Positions 48,222 through 58,329 of a stretch of DNA of 64,000 bases are shown here, one piece after another; positions within the stretch are counted from its first letter, which is position 1; every line of letters begins with the position of its first letter. A program made the translations under genes and the position numbers. The notes beneath the pieces were generated by a model. That model worked only from the letters and a program-made list of their open reading frames with translations, was not told where the DNA came from and searched no databases. The DNA comes from a virus (Duplodnaviria; Caudoviricetes). Location: positions 64,001 through 128,000 of the IMG/VR virus record IMGVR_UViG_3300028804_000001; one strand, 5' to 3'.

Positions 48222-48775
48222 AAACTTAAAAATGGACTATTCTTATCTTTCTCAGAGAGTATAAAATCATCTAGAGGAAGATTCTTATTCCATTCCAATC
48301 CTTTAATTGCTGGATCCCTATAGTTTATATACTTAGATCCGCTGGGTGAATATGGAGCATCTACAGTATAGGAAATAATAGTATTAGGCTCTAAAGCTAG
48401 AAAACCATGCGCATGATTTTCTGGTATCCATAATGCCTCATCGTGTTCTGCAGAGAGAACACAAGAAAAGGCATGCATGAAGAACTCGCCTTCATCCAGG
48501 CATATGGCAATATCTAGTATTGCGCCATGCAATACCTTAATTAGTTTATTCTGCCTGGGCTCCTGATAGTGGAATCCTCTGAACACATTTTTATGTGAGA
48601 GGCTTACATTCTCTATAAGAGGCCTTGCCATAAAGGTATTAACGGCCAAGGAGAAGTATTCAATAGGGGATAATCCCTGTAAGAAATATCCCCTATCGTC
48701 TCTGTATTTCTTAAGCTGCACCAGAGAAAATCCAGTGGGAGATATTTGATTAGTTCCTGCAACTTGTATACTCAT
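48218..48775 (-). CDS. rmlC: dTDP-4-dehydrorhamnose 3,5-epimerase
   Basis: DDRGYF, RGFHYQ, AHGF, SEKD. Confidence 0.93.
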   Translation of the reverse strand: MSIQVAGTNQISPTGFSLVQLKKYRDDRGYFLQGLSPIEYFSLAVNTFMARPLIENVSLSHKNVFRGFHYQEPRQNKLIKVLHGAILDIAICLDEGEFFMHAFSCVLSAEHDEALWIPENHAHGFLALEPNTIISYTVDAPYSPSGSKYINYRDPAIKGLEWNKNLPLDDFILSEKDKNSPFLSL

Positions 48776-49635
48776 AATGATCGTAAGAAATCAGCGTAGT
48801 TATTTTTTACGTTGCTGTACTGCTTAGTAATATACGCTGACATAGTTTTCTTCGAGACATAATCAAGTCTGATTGCAGCCTCCTCAGGAGATCCTACACA
48901 ATTGGAATCTAATTTGCCCATTGTTATATACTTCTCAACAAGAGCTATATTTTCTACCGTTCCGCAATCCTTCCAGAAGCATTCAGTAGGAAGCTTCTCG
49001 ACGTTACATATTTTCAAACCCAAGTATATATTGATAAGATCTACGATCTCGAGTTCATTTCTTTTAGAAGGTTTTAATCCTTTGGCAAAATGAGAAACGG
49101 TAGATGGGAATCTATAAAGGCCAGTTAATGCCTGATTTGATGGTGGGATTTTGGGCTTCTCTACTAGTTTATTCTTAACAGGATCATAAACTCCAAAGGC
49201 TTGTGGCTTAGGAATATACTTAGTAAAAGCAAATGCATTGAACTTATCTCCCATGAACTTCTTTTGATAATATTCAAAGGGGAAGTTATGAAAGAAGTTA
49301 TCACCAAGAAGTAGTGTAACTGGCTGATCCCCTATAAACGGCCGGCCAAGAATAAACGCTTCTGCTATTCCACGGGGGCTATCCTGGACAGAGTAATATA
49401 TGTTTATTCCCCACTGGTGCCCAGATCCAAGCAGATCTGCCATCCTTCCAGTATCCTGGGGAGTAGAAATGATTAAAATTTCTCGGATCCCAAGCTCCAT
49501 TAAGAAACGAAGTGGATAGTAAATCATCGGCTTCCCATTTATGGGAATAAGCTGCTTAGAAATAGACATTGTTGCTGGGTAAAGTCTGGTCCCAGAACCA
49601 CCAGCTAGTATTATACCACGGTCGGAGATTTCCAC
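48772..49635 (-). CDS. rmlA: glucose-1-phosphate thymidylyltransferase
   Basis: GIILAGGSGTRLYP.T..ISKQL.P...KPMIYYPL. Confidence 0.95.
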   Translation of the reverse strand: MEISDRGIILAGGSGTRLYPATMSISKQLIPINGKPMIYYPLRFLMELGIREILIISTPQDTGRMADLLGSGHQWGINIYYSVQDSPRGIAEAFILGRPFIGDQPVTLLLGDNFFHNFPFEYYQKKFMGDKFNAFAFTKYIPKPQAFGVYDPVKNKLVEKPKIPPSNQALTGLYRFPSTVSHFAKGLKPSKRNELEIVDLINIYLGLKICNVEKLPTECFWKDCGTVENIALVEKYITMGKLDSNCVGSPEEAAIRLDYVSKKTMSAYITKQYSNVKNNYADFLRSL

Positions 49636-50654
49636 GTTCTACCCTCATTCATATACGACTGTTCTAACCATTCTTTATGATCAAGATACCAGCTAACAGT
49701 TTTATAGATGCCTTCTGAGAAACCCACTTGGAATCTCCAATCTACTGCATCTAGGGCCGAACGAGGATCTATGGAGTAAGCCATATCATGCCCAGGTCTA
49801 TCGATTATATAATCTATACCCAGGTTAGGCTTTCCCATTGCTCTTAGAATAATATCAACTACTTGATTATTAGTAATAGCTATGCCAGTTCCTATATTAA
49901 TAACAGTGCCAGGTTGCGCATTCTTTGCTACTTGATATATACATTGAACATTATCTTCAACATATAACCAATCCCTTGAATTCTTTCCATCTCCATAAAT
50001 CTGCGGCTGGATATCGTTCATTGCATATCTAATAGTTCTTGGTATCAGCTTTTCTGGATGTTGCCAAGGACCATAGTTATTGGAAGATCTAGTTACAGCT
50101 ATTGGGTACCTGTAAGTTTTGTAATAAGATCTAGCTATCAAATCTGCGGAAGTCTTACTCGCAGAATAAGGAGAGTTTGGGTAAAGAGCAGAATCTGAAG
50201 TAAATGGTTTATTGTTGTTATACTCTAAAGAGCCATAACTCTCATCAGTTCCTATTTGAATATGAAAGAAGTTCTTCTTATCTGCTTCATCTAGTGTGTT
50301 ATAATATTCTAGACCTGCTGCCATTACATTAGCAGCTCCCATGATATTAGTTTTAAAGAAACCACTCGGATCAACTATTGATCTATCTACGTGAGATTCG
50401 GCCGCACAATTAATTATACAGTTTGGCATATATTTCATTGCCTTTCTCATACTATCTAGATCATTAATATCATAGTTTAAAAATGTATACCGGTTAGGTA
50501 TAACCATGTTGTATTCGAATTCTTCTACTCCGTAGGCATCTGCGTCTTTATCGATATTGATTACATCTATACCATGTTGAATGAATTTTTTAATCAGGCT
50601 TCTACCTATAAATCCATGACCGCCAGTGATAATAACTCTTTCTATTTTTCTCAT
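49611..50654 (-). CDS. rmlB: dTDP-glucose 4,6-dehydratase
   Basis: TGG.GFIG, AAESHVDRSI, TDE.YG, PYSASK, NNYGP.Q.PEK, DRPGHD. Confidence 0.95.
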   Translation of the reverse strand: MRKIERVIITGGHGFIGRSLIKKFIQHGIDVINIDKDADAYGVEEFEYNMVIPNRYTFLNYDINDLDSMRKAMKYMPNCIINCAAESHVDRSIVDPSGFFKTNIMGAANVMAAGLEYYNTLDEADKKNFFHIQIGTDESYGSLEYNNNKPFTSDSALYPNSPYSASKTSADLIARSYYKTYRYPIAVTRSSNNYGPWQHPEKLIPRTIRYAMNDIQPQIYGDGKNSRDWLYVEDNVQCIYQVAKNAQPGTVINIGTGIAITNNQVVDIILRAMGKPNLGIDYIIDRPGHDMAYSIDPRSALDAVDWRFQVGFSEGIYKTVSWYLDHKEWLEQSYMNEGRTWKSPTVV

Positions 50655-51544
50655 CGTGCTCTTACCCTGGTAACCGCGGTTGTGTTTGGATCTATATCAA
50701 AATGAAATGTAGGATGTGGCTTATCATAGAATCTATCCATGAATGGACGCTTACATGCAAAATTCATAATGGTTTCAAATATATTGCCAACATCCATACC
50801 TATTAAATTGGCCTCTCTCTTTACCATCGTAGATAATATCTTAGCTGCTGCACCGCAACTAAAAAGAAATACTGCATCCTTATTTCTATATGAATTCCTA
50901 ACTCTCTTCTTGATTTCATCTAGATTGCTCATAGCAAAGTTAGGAATATCTGGAGTTGGGATAGTGTTAACTATGTTAATTCTTTCTAGCTTTAGATCTG
51001 GATGGAGAGATCTGAAAGCTTTGTTAGTATGGAAGTAGTTCTGGTAATATACCATCTTACCTCCAACTAGAACCACATCTCTATCCCATAGATCCTGGAA
51101 CAATCTACCAGATCCTGCATATTTATAAATGGCGTGAACTTCATATAGGGGCTTATTGCCTAATATATTATTAAGGGCCAACATATCCAGGGTCGGTCCC
51201 CAAAAGTTTGGACTTCTATTTATTCTAGGATCGTGAACACCTAAGAATGTAGCTTCTTCTACCGCAGCCATCAACTCATCAGATCTGGGTATATTATTCT
51301 TATCTATCCCGCACCACCATAGTATATTATCAACGGTAGAATCACCAATTGTCTTATTGCGTATAAGAAATCTGGCCTCAACATCTCCTATTCTGACTAA
51401 AGAAAATGGAACTCTATTCTTTAATTTATCGGATATTAGATCTATACACTTCTCACCACTCTCTATAAATTTAGAGTAGAAATCGGCAACTGAATTCTCA
51501 TTGAACTCACTGGAGAGTGTATTTTTTGAATAGTCGTAATACAT
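50651..51544 (-). CDS. GT-D-fold-like glycosyltransferase
   Basis: SLVRIGD.E ... G..AK...D.G. Confidence 0.6.
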   Translation of the reverse strand: MYYDYSKNTLSSEFNENSVADFYSKFIESGEKCIDLISDKLKNRVPFSLVRIGDVEARFLIRNKTIGDSTVDNILWWCGIDKNNIPRSDELMAAVEEATFLGVHDPRINRSPNFWGPTLDMLALNNILGNKPLYEVHAIYKYAGSGRLFQDLWDRDVVLVGGKMVYYQNYFHTNKAFRSLHPDLKLERINIVNTIPTPDIPNFAMSNLDEIKKRVRNSYRNKDAVFLFSCGAAAKILSTMVKREANLIGMDVGNIFETIMNFACKRPFMDRFYDKPHPTFHFDIDPNTTAVTRVRAR

Positions 51545-52251
51545 TAAAACCCGCGGAGTTTATATTTATCAGTTATAGAACTGTACATCAATCCTTCACT
51601 ATTGAGAAGATCATCTATCTGAGCCGATGTAAAAATACTGTTAACTGTAGAACTCACCTGGTGAAATAGGAAATGAGCATGATCTACTACAGTTCTAAAT
51701 CCTTTCTTTCTAGCCATCTGGTATATAAAGTTATCCCCGTAGAATATTCTTAACTCTGATGGGATCTGCTCGTATTGTTTAACTCTACCAAAGATATACC
51801 ATCCCAACATATGATATTCATTACCAGGTCCTAGGTTGCGAAGATCTGGCTGGCTCTTCTGCTGCTTATGCACCGATAGATATATATCAGAACTGATCTG
51901 TGTTAGCGTTCGAAAGGTTTGGATCCCGATTGTATTATCACTCATTATTCCTTCTGAAGTTTCAATACATGTATCCCATACAAGACAATCATCATTTAAC
52001 AAAAGATAGAACTCTGTTTGTGAAGATACAACTCCTAAGTTCCAGGCTTTGTTAACTCCTATATTAGTTGGGAAATACGAAATCTTTATATTTGGACTAA
52101 GTTCTGAAAAAGGTCTACATCCATTATTAGATGTGTTATCGATAATATGAATATTGCACTTCTGTTTTAAAAGTGTATCTATATTAATCCTAAGAAGCTT
52201 CGGAGCTTTTAGAAGAGTAGGTATAACAACTGTAGTCTTATTATCACTCAT
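51544..52251 (-). CDS. GT2 glycosyltransferase
   Basis: VVIPT, IDN, N.GVN.AWN.G, LLNDD. Confidence 0.85.
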   Translation of the reverse strand: MSDNKTTVVIPTLLKAPKLLRINIDTLLKQKCNIHIIDNTSNNGCRPFSELSPNIKISYFPTNIGVNKAWNLGVVSSQTEFYLLLNDDCLVWDTCIETSEGIMSDNTIGIQTFRTLTQISSDIYLSVHKQQKSQPDLRNLGPGNEYHMLGWYIFGRVKQYEQIPSELRIFYGDNFIYQMARKKGFRTVVDHAHFLFHQVSSTVNSIFTSAQIDDLLNSEGLMYSSITDKYKLRGF

Positions 52252-52997
52252 TATATTCCAATCCACCCTTCTTGGAAAAGACATGATGTATCGATATGGG
52301 ATAATGAAGGTCCAAACCAATTCTTAGGATATACCGTTTTACTTTTTGATAAATAGGCTCCCCACCATGAGAATGATGAATTGGCAATTATAGAACCTTG
52401 TGATTTCTGCAAATGAGCAAAATCTACCGCGGGGTTACTATTAGCAAAAGATACATTTGAACCAAGTTCTTTAAGGTTATCCATACACCATCTATAGTCA
52501 TCAGATATAATCAGAAACTTTTCTAATCCAAAACCTTCCATTATCTTCTTGGCTTCTTTATAATAATCTATGCCAACTACTGGATGGTGGTCTGGTAGCA
52601 TAAGGTAGTCCCCTCTACGCACATGTATGGTTCCAGTTTTATCCATAGAAAATGGAAACTCTATATCAAGAGAGAATAGTTCATGTATGAGATCTTCATA
52701 TCCTTCCCAGTATTTAGGAGATTGGAAATATCCTTTGTAGCTGCAGTTTCTTATTTCTGGTAATGGGTCATATTCCCATCTAGGAGCTTCGTAATTATAA
52801 ACCATTGCTAGTTTAGTTCTAGGTAAAAATCTAATGCCAGCTTTCTCAAATTTATCCTGGAAGACTCTTCTATATTCCCATTCAGAAGGCAATATAACTT
52901 CTTCCTTAATTCTCCTACCATGAGCTACAACTGCAGCTACTTGAAATAGAGAATTGCCTAGCCTTCCATATTCGCCTAAATCAGAAAATGTTATCAT
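52251..52997 (-). CDS. GT11 alpha-1,2-fucosyltransferase-like
   Basis: GRLGN.LFQ, GYFQS, HVRRGDY, ANSSFSWWGA. Confidence 0.92.
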   Translation of the reverse strand: MITFSDLGEYGRLGNSLFQVAAVVAHGRRIKEEVILPSEWEYRRVFQDKFEKAGIRFLPRTKLAMVYNYEAPRWEYDPLPEIRNCSYKGYFQSPKYWEGYEDLIHELFSLDIEFPFSMDKTGTIHVRRGDYLMLPDHHPVVGIDYYKEAKKIMEGFGLEKFLIISDDYRWCMDNLKELGSNVSFANSNPAVDFAHLQKSQGSIIANSSFSWWGAYLSKSKTVYPKNWFGPSLSHIDTSCLFQEGWIGI

Positions 52998-53803
52998 AGA
53001 GCTCGCTTCGCCATTCTAATTTGATCTTCCCAATAAGAGAAATTCAATGTCTTATCAATATTGAAACGATCAAAAAGAATATGCGGAGCTTGCTCTGTAA
53101 GCCATTGGGGTTGTAGATCACTCCATGACTTTATCATTAGAATTGGATATATCTTTGAGAACTCTCTGTTAGCCGGCGAATCTACTACTATAGGGATAGA
53201 CCCCATATAGAGTGCTTCCCACAGTCTATGTGTATCATGGCCATTTCCAGGAGGAGCTGCGGTATATTTTGATTCTGCTATATCTTTTAGATAGTGCCTG
53301 AATGGGATTCTCGTTCCCTGCCTTTTTACCCATGGTTTATTCTCTAGGCCGGCCAAACACTCTCCCCTCTCTAGATAGTTGGTAGATGGTGCAATATTTA
53401 GATAAACCAGGTTATTATAGCCATCTCTATCTCTAAAGACCTCAGATAGGTCCTGTATGTTGCCAGAACCCGCTATACCGGGCCTTTCCAGCCCTATGGG
53501 TATAGGGACAAGGTCAGGGGCCTGAACAAGGGCATTCTGGGCAAACCAGCGTGTAATACAGGGTGGTTTTAGGCTATAGACCTCAGGGGTAATGTTATGA
53601 TCTGAGTTATGGGTTATGAGAACAAACCTATTTGGGTCATGTCTAACTATATCAAAGAAGGTTCGAATCTGATCCGTTTTGCAGAATACCAGCTTATTGG
53701 ATTTTAGCTGCTCTGGATCAATAGGACTATCATTCTCTCGAATGATATAGTCACACAATTCTACAAACTTATCTCCATGGATATGGTTAGAAAAACGGTT
53801 CAT
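52994..53803 (-). CDS. exostosin (GT47)-like protein
   Basis: LITHNSD, WFAQN, PIG, P.GNG.DTHRLWEALY.G.IP. Confidence 0.75.
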   Translation of the reverse strand: MNRFSNHIHGDKFVELCDYIIRENDSPIDPEQLKSNKLVFCKTDQIRTFFDIVRHDPNRFVLITHNSDHNITPEVYSLKPPCITRWFAQNALVQAPDLVPIPIGLERPGIAGSGNIQDLSEVFRDRDGYNNLVYLNIAPSTNYLERGECLAGLENKPWVKRQGTRIPFRHYLKDIAESKYTAAPPGNGHDTHRLWEALYMGSIPIVVDSPANREFSKIYPILMIKSWSDLQPQWLTEQAPHILFDRFNIDKTLNFSYWEDQIRMAKRAL

Positions 53804-54702
53804 GATAGATACAGCTCCAGTTGTTTTGAATGAATGTGCAAATTAGCTAATCTGGTAGGTTCGCAGGATCCAACAACTAGGGGGACTTTTCTATTCTTTT
53901 CATCCCTGGTCCATTCAACTGTATATAAACCACTTTGTATATCTCTCCCAACATAGTGATGGGATCCAGTCCATCCTGGGATTTTATCAGTTGTTCCACC
54001 AACATATTGCCCCCAGGATGCACCATCAAATAGAAGATTCATCTTATCAAGGTTCCTATTACAGGAGTTTGTAGAACTTGGGCTAAGTGGAAGTATATCT
54101 AACATTAGATATCCATTCTTGCGCATGTAATCAAGAATGATCATCTCAGAAACCAAAGATTCATTAGTGAGTCTTTGAAGAGCTCGTTCGCCCTTTGCTA
54201 TAAAGGTGATAATTGATTTATTAACTTTCTTCAGAGTTGCTATATTATCTATATATGTAAATGCTATAGCAGAATGTTTATCCCCCACTGGGTTAATAGC
54301 AACCTTATCTTTATATAGGGATCCTAGCATATTCCATAGATTCTCTATGTCAGTATATACTAGAATATCATTCTCTATATGGATGATGCTATCATATCGA
54401 ACAACTTCCATATATTGCTGCAGATAGAATAATCTCTCATAGGTTACATGCCAGAATGCTCCCCAGTTATGCATAAAGCTTACTCTTCTAAACTCATCAA
54501 GAGTGCTGTTATGTTCTGCAAGACTTTCTAAGGATGTGGTATTAACATTGTATTTATCGAAGATGGGATTACTTCTTAATTTCTCTTCTACTAGAAATGT
54601 AATATCGCCTCCATAGAATTTTCTAAGCTGCTCCAAGCAAAATATTACGTGAGGTGGCAGCTCGGATCCTATATGAATTAATACAACTGCAGTGCTTTTC
54701 AT
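53800..54702 (-). CDS. putative glycosyltransferase
   Basis: ER.F.L, HIEND, FD.A..GQY.GG, NLHIHSK. Confidence 0.6.
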   Translation of the reverse strand: MKSTAVVLIHIGSELPPHVIFCLEQLRKFYGGDITFLVEEKLRSNPIFDKYNVNTTSLESLAEHNSTLDEFRRVSFMHNWGAFWHVTYERLFYLQQYMEVVRYDSIIHIENDILVYTDIENLWNMLGSLYKDKVAINPVGDKHSAIAFTYIDNIATLKKVNKSIITFIAKGERALQRLTNESLVSEMIILDYMRKNGYLMLDILPLSPSSTNSCNRNLDKMNLLFDGASWGQYVGGTTDKIPGWTGSHHYVGRDIQSGLYTVEWTRDEKNRKVPLVVGSCEPTRLANLHIHSKQLELYLS

Positions 54703-55673
54703 TTCGGTTCTCCGTAATTAAATACGAGGCTAGGGCATATATAAAGACGGTCAAATCCATTTGCTATCATGGACATATGAAATGGAACATGATCGCATGT
54801 AACAGGATATTGATACGTAAAAGAGTTCATTCTCCATACCAATGGATCTGCAATCCCATCCAATGGGCCGAATAAATAGAAGCCCTCTTTTTCGTAATTT
54901 GTGTATCTATTATCATAAGGTGGTTCTAATTTAATCTTATTTAGTTGGGCAAGAGATCCAATGTATTGCATAGCTCTTGGATGGCCTTCATTAAGTAGAT
55001 CCGAGATTAACTTCCTATATACCTTCTCCATATCTAGGGTTACTTCTGCAGAATATTGAAAGTTAGAAACCGCGGATCTTTTATATATTCCACATCCACC
55101 GAATGCAGAATATACTGGATACCATTCCTTATCGAGTATCAGATTCTGTTTAGGGGAGTACCATTCCGAATGTCCAATAAGTTCAGGACCTAGCGGCTCC
55201 TTCTTATCTCTGAATGCAAGCCAGTCCCAGTATCCATATGTTGGATCTAACCCATATGCAAATACTGCATCCCAATTATCTTTATTCTTAAATACTTCTT
55301 CAAAGCCTGCATAGTTGGGCTCTACTTTAAAGTCCATATCCATCCATATGATATAATCATATTCCCTAGGGACATAGGATGGCAGCATGCGCATTACAAT
55401 ATTTCTAGCCCTGGATGTTCCAGAAGACTTTAGATAATCACTATTAACATACTTCAGTTCATGGGTATCTTCACATTTTACTATGATCCTATGATCTCTA
55501 TCCTGCCAATCGAGAAGGATGGATTTTGTAGAATCCTTCGAGTTGTCCTCATACATGCATACTCTATAGGATTCGAACATAGAACCTATAGTTTCGGCAA
55601 TTTTAATAGAGTAGGGAAGTCTATCCTGGATATCTTTGCAGATACCACATATAACTACATTGTGTGGTATCAT
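54699..55673 (-). CDS. GT-A glycosyltransferase (CAP59/GT69-like)
   Basis: YE..S.D.T, ARN, DMD, V.SAFGG..IY, CDHV.FH. Confidence 0.7.
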   Translation of the reverse strand: MIPHNVVICGICKDIQDRLPYSIKIAETIGSMFESYRVCMYEDNSKDSTKSILLDWQDRDHRIIVKCEDTHELKYVNSDYLKSSGTSRARNIVMRMLPSYVPREYDYIIWMDMDFKVEPNYAGFEEVFKNKDNWDAVFAYGLDPTYGYWDWLAFRDKKEPLGPELIGHSEWYSPKQNLILDKEWYPVYSAFGGCGIYKRSAVSNFQYSAEVTLDMEKVYRKLISDLLNEGHPRAMQYIGSLAQLNKIKLEPPYDNRYTNYEKEGFYLFGPLDGIADPLVWRMNSFTYQYPVTCDHVPFHMSMIANGFDRLYICPSLVFNYGEPK

Positions 55674-56656
55674 TTATAGGGCCGTGCCTTTTCTTTTATT
55701 TTATGAATCCAATATGAATTAGAAAGCTTATCTAGATTATAGTGTTTATTATGAATATGTGTATCTAACCAGATATCTAAATTATCTCTATTCACTACAT
55801 CCCAATTATCTACTATTACAACCGGAAGATCAGAATATAATTCATCCAGTGGTGATGTTTTAACTATTACGATGCAGCCTAGAGTTAGATCTTCCCACGT
55901 TCTATGACAATCCAATCCATTACCATGAGGACTAATAGTAAAAGCATGATTTGCTTTCATCCTCCACAGATCAGATCTTTTCATGAATGGACCATGATTA
56001 ACTGCACCAGTTGCTATTAGCTTTTCGAATATGGCTCTTCTATCTTCTCCAAATTGCTCAAACCTTCTGAATCCCCCATGGGTAGTATCTGAATGTTGGA
56101 AGTCTGCCCATGCATTTCTAGATCTTCTCTCTATTGCGGGAGATTCGTTTCTTATAGTGGATACTAATCTTTCCTGATCGACTGGATTCATTTGAGGATC
56201 TTGCCATCCTCCATTTCTGTATGCAACAGTATGAAAATCGAATCCAATTGGAATCTTTGTCACCTTGTGTTTATTAATTCCCTCATAGTCACAGTTTTGT
56301 GCAAATACATGGATAATATTCTCATTACTAAGAAACATATCAGGGAAGAAGGTATCGAAGTGTACTCCTTCTTGAGATACTGCACAATCAGATGGAAATG
56401 TATTATCTCCATCCAGGATAACAAGGACAACGGGAACTTTAAGGTTTGGAAGAATCTCTCTATTGAAATGATATACAAGCTGGCAGTTTAACCAAAGAAT
56501 ATCTCCAGGCTTTAGATTAGAATATGTGTTCTTGTCCCATACTCTTTCCGCTTCTGCAAAATAATCAAAAGGAGATTTTACTTTATGAGGCCCATGATCT
56601 GCAGTCTGTCCTATTCCAATATTCCATAAATAATTAGATCCAGTCCATGTATTCAT
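55670..56656 (-). CDS. exostosin (GT47)-like protein, paralog of 52994-53803
   Basis: FAQN, IPIG, SP.GNGLDCHRTWE.L.LG. Confidence 0.75.
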   Translation of the reverse strand: MNTWTGSNYLWNIGIGQTADHGPHKVKSPFDYFAEAERVWDKNTYSNLKPGDILWLNCQLVYHFNREILPNLKVPVVLVILDGDNTFPSDCAVSQEGVHFDTFFPDMFLSNENIIHVFAQNCDYEGINKHKVTKIPIGFDFHTVAYRNGGWQDPQMNPVDQERLVSTIRNESPAIERRSRNAWADFQHSDTTHGGFRRFEQFGEDRRAIFEKLIATGAVNHGPFMKRSDLWRMKANHAFTISPHGNGLDCHRTWEDLTLGCIVIVKTSPLDELYSDLPVVIVDNWDVVNRDNLDIWLDTHIHNKHYNLDKLSNSYWIHKIKEKARPYK

Positions 56657-56657
56657 A

Positions 56658-57017
56658 TTAAACCTCCGGAGTCTTTATAAGCTCCAATCCCCAGCTAGCT
56701 CCATAGTCAATTGCGGCTTTGTGAATAGTAGTAATATAGATATAATCGTTTAATTCTGGATCTTTCAATCTAGCAAGGAAACAAGTATTTGGAATAGAAA
56801 GAGGAAGATCATCTGAGAATACTATATCGCATACGTTCTTACAAGAGTAGTCTACTAGCATATCCAGACTCTGAACACCCTTTCTAAAATAAAGAATATG
56901 TATATGACCAGTTGAATGAATTTCTCTCAGTTGTTTAAATCTATAACTATCTGGAGTTATCTCTGCATATGAGGAATATTCAAATCTCTGGAGATAGGAT
57001 CTAAAAATATCTCTCAT
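56658..57017 (-). CDS. hypothetical protein
   Basis: 119 aa within the operon. Confidence 0.55.
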   Translation of the reverse strand: MRDIFRSYLQRFEYSSYAEITPDSYRFKQLREIHSTGHIHILYFRKGVQSLDMLVDYSCKNVCDIVFSDDLPLSIPNTCFLARLKDPELNDYIYITTIHKAAIDYGASWGLELIKTPEV

Positions 57018-57661
57018 AAGAATCTCCGGTTTACATAGATATAATTATCAAAAACACCACCGTATGGATTCCCATCAACCAGTTCAAAGTTATCCTTCAG
57101 TAGAAGATCTACTTCATCTAGAAGTTTAATTCCCTTATATTCTTCTTTAAGGAATAGCTCTGCATGGATTATAGAAACATTGGTAAGATATTTACCCAGG
57201 CCACTTATAATATCATACTCAGCTCCCTGAGCATCAATCCACAGAAGATCAGGAACAGGTTCATTTCTCGTTTCTATAAATGTATCTAACCGTGTACATG
57301 GTATAGTTATAACAGAGAATGGATCTTTGTTTATACATGTAGCATCTGGAGTAGGCGCGTATATAGATCCCTGTAGGAGAGTTGTTTTCTCTCCTGCATA
57401 GAATTCCACTTCTCCATCTTTATCACATACTGCTAGCCTATAGATAGAACAATTATTAGGGATCTTACCAGCTAATGGGTTTAGAAGATTAGGTTCAAAT
57501 GCCCTGATGGATTCTGGATTAAAAATCTCCAGCATTTCATAAATATCTTCAATTCTTCCAAGACCTACATCATATATATTCTTTGGAATTTTGATGTTAA
57601 ATCTTCGAGTAAGCTCGATGATTTTATACATCTGTTTCTGTTCACTGGTAAGTTCACTCAT
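57014..57661 (-). CDS. FkbM-family methyltransferase
   Basis: D.G, AFEPN, RLD, ID.QGAE. Confidence 0.9.
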   Translation of the reverse strand: MSELTSEQKQMYKIIELTRRFNIKIPKNIYDVGLGRIEDIYEMLEIFNPESIRAFEPNLLNPLAGKIPNNCSIYRLAVCDKDGEVEFYAGEKTTLLQGSIYAPTPDATCINKDPFSVITIPCTRLDTFIETRNEPVPDLLWIDAQGAEYDIISGLGKYLTNVSIIHAELFLKEEYKGIKLLDEVDLLLKDNFELVDGNPYGGVFDNYIYVNRRFL

Positions 57662-57663
57662 AA

Positions 57664-58314
57664 TTAATCCTTCTTAAAGATCGCAAAACCATTACGCACA
57701 TGAGGGCCTTCACAAACCAAGGACCATCCAGGTGTTTTTAATAGTTCGTGATAGATTTGGCTGCACTTGTATGCACTAAAAACATCATCTAGCATAAAGC
57801 ATCTGGAACTATCTTTAAGAAGGGTAAATTCGCTATATCCCATGAACTCAGAACCATCAATAAGAACTGCATCATATTTTGGCCTGCGCATGGAAGAATT
57901 TAGAAAGCCAATATTAGTAAGTCTTGATACATCCTGCTCATACCATTGAATAACTAGATCTCTGGGATACTTCCCAACTCCCCGTTCTAAGTTATTGTAT
58001 TCCGAGTTCCAAACTTCATCAAAGGACTTCGGTAAGAATGATTCTCTATTAATAGAGCTCATATTATAAGCCAGTGCCCATGGATAGATTGCAATAGCAT
58101 TCTGAAGATCTTTAAATCTATCTGGATTAATCTCTATGCACTGAAGAAGAGCGTTGTAGCCATTAGGCTCAAGCTTCTTCATCCCATCTATAATACATTG
58201 AGTAGAGCCGGCCCCATCCCAGGAGCCAATCTCTAAGTTAATTCGATAGTTGTTATCGGAGATTACTTTGGAAATACTTCTCCCAAAGTCATCAGCTAAA
58301 GTGACTTCTGGCAT
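57664..58314 (-). CDS. class I SAM methyltransferase
   Basis: LEIGSW.G.GST, IDG.E, LDD. Confidence 0.75.
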   Translation of the reverse strand: MPEVTLADDFGRSISKVISDNNYRINLEIGSWDGAGSTQCIIDGMKKLEPNGYNALLQCIEINPDRFKDLQNAIAIYPWALAYNMSSINRESFLPKSFDEVWNSEYNNLERGVGKYPRDLVIQWYEQDVSRLTNIGFLNSSMRRPKYDAVLIDGSEFMGYSEFTLLKDSSRCFMLDDVFSAYKCSQIYHELLKTPGWSLVCEGPHVRNGFAIFKKD

Positions 58315-58329
58315 ATGAAACTCCTGTTT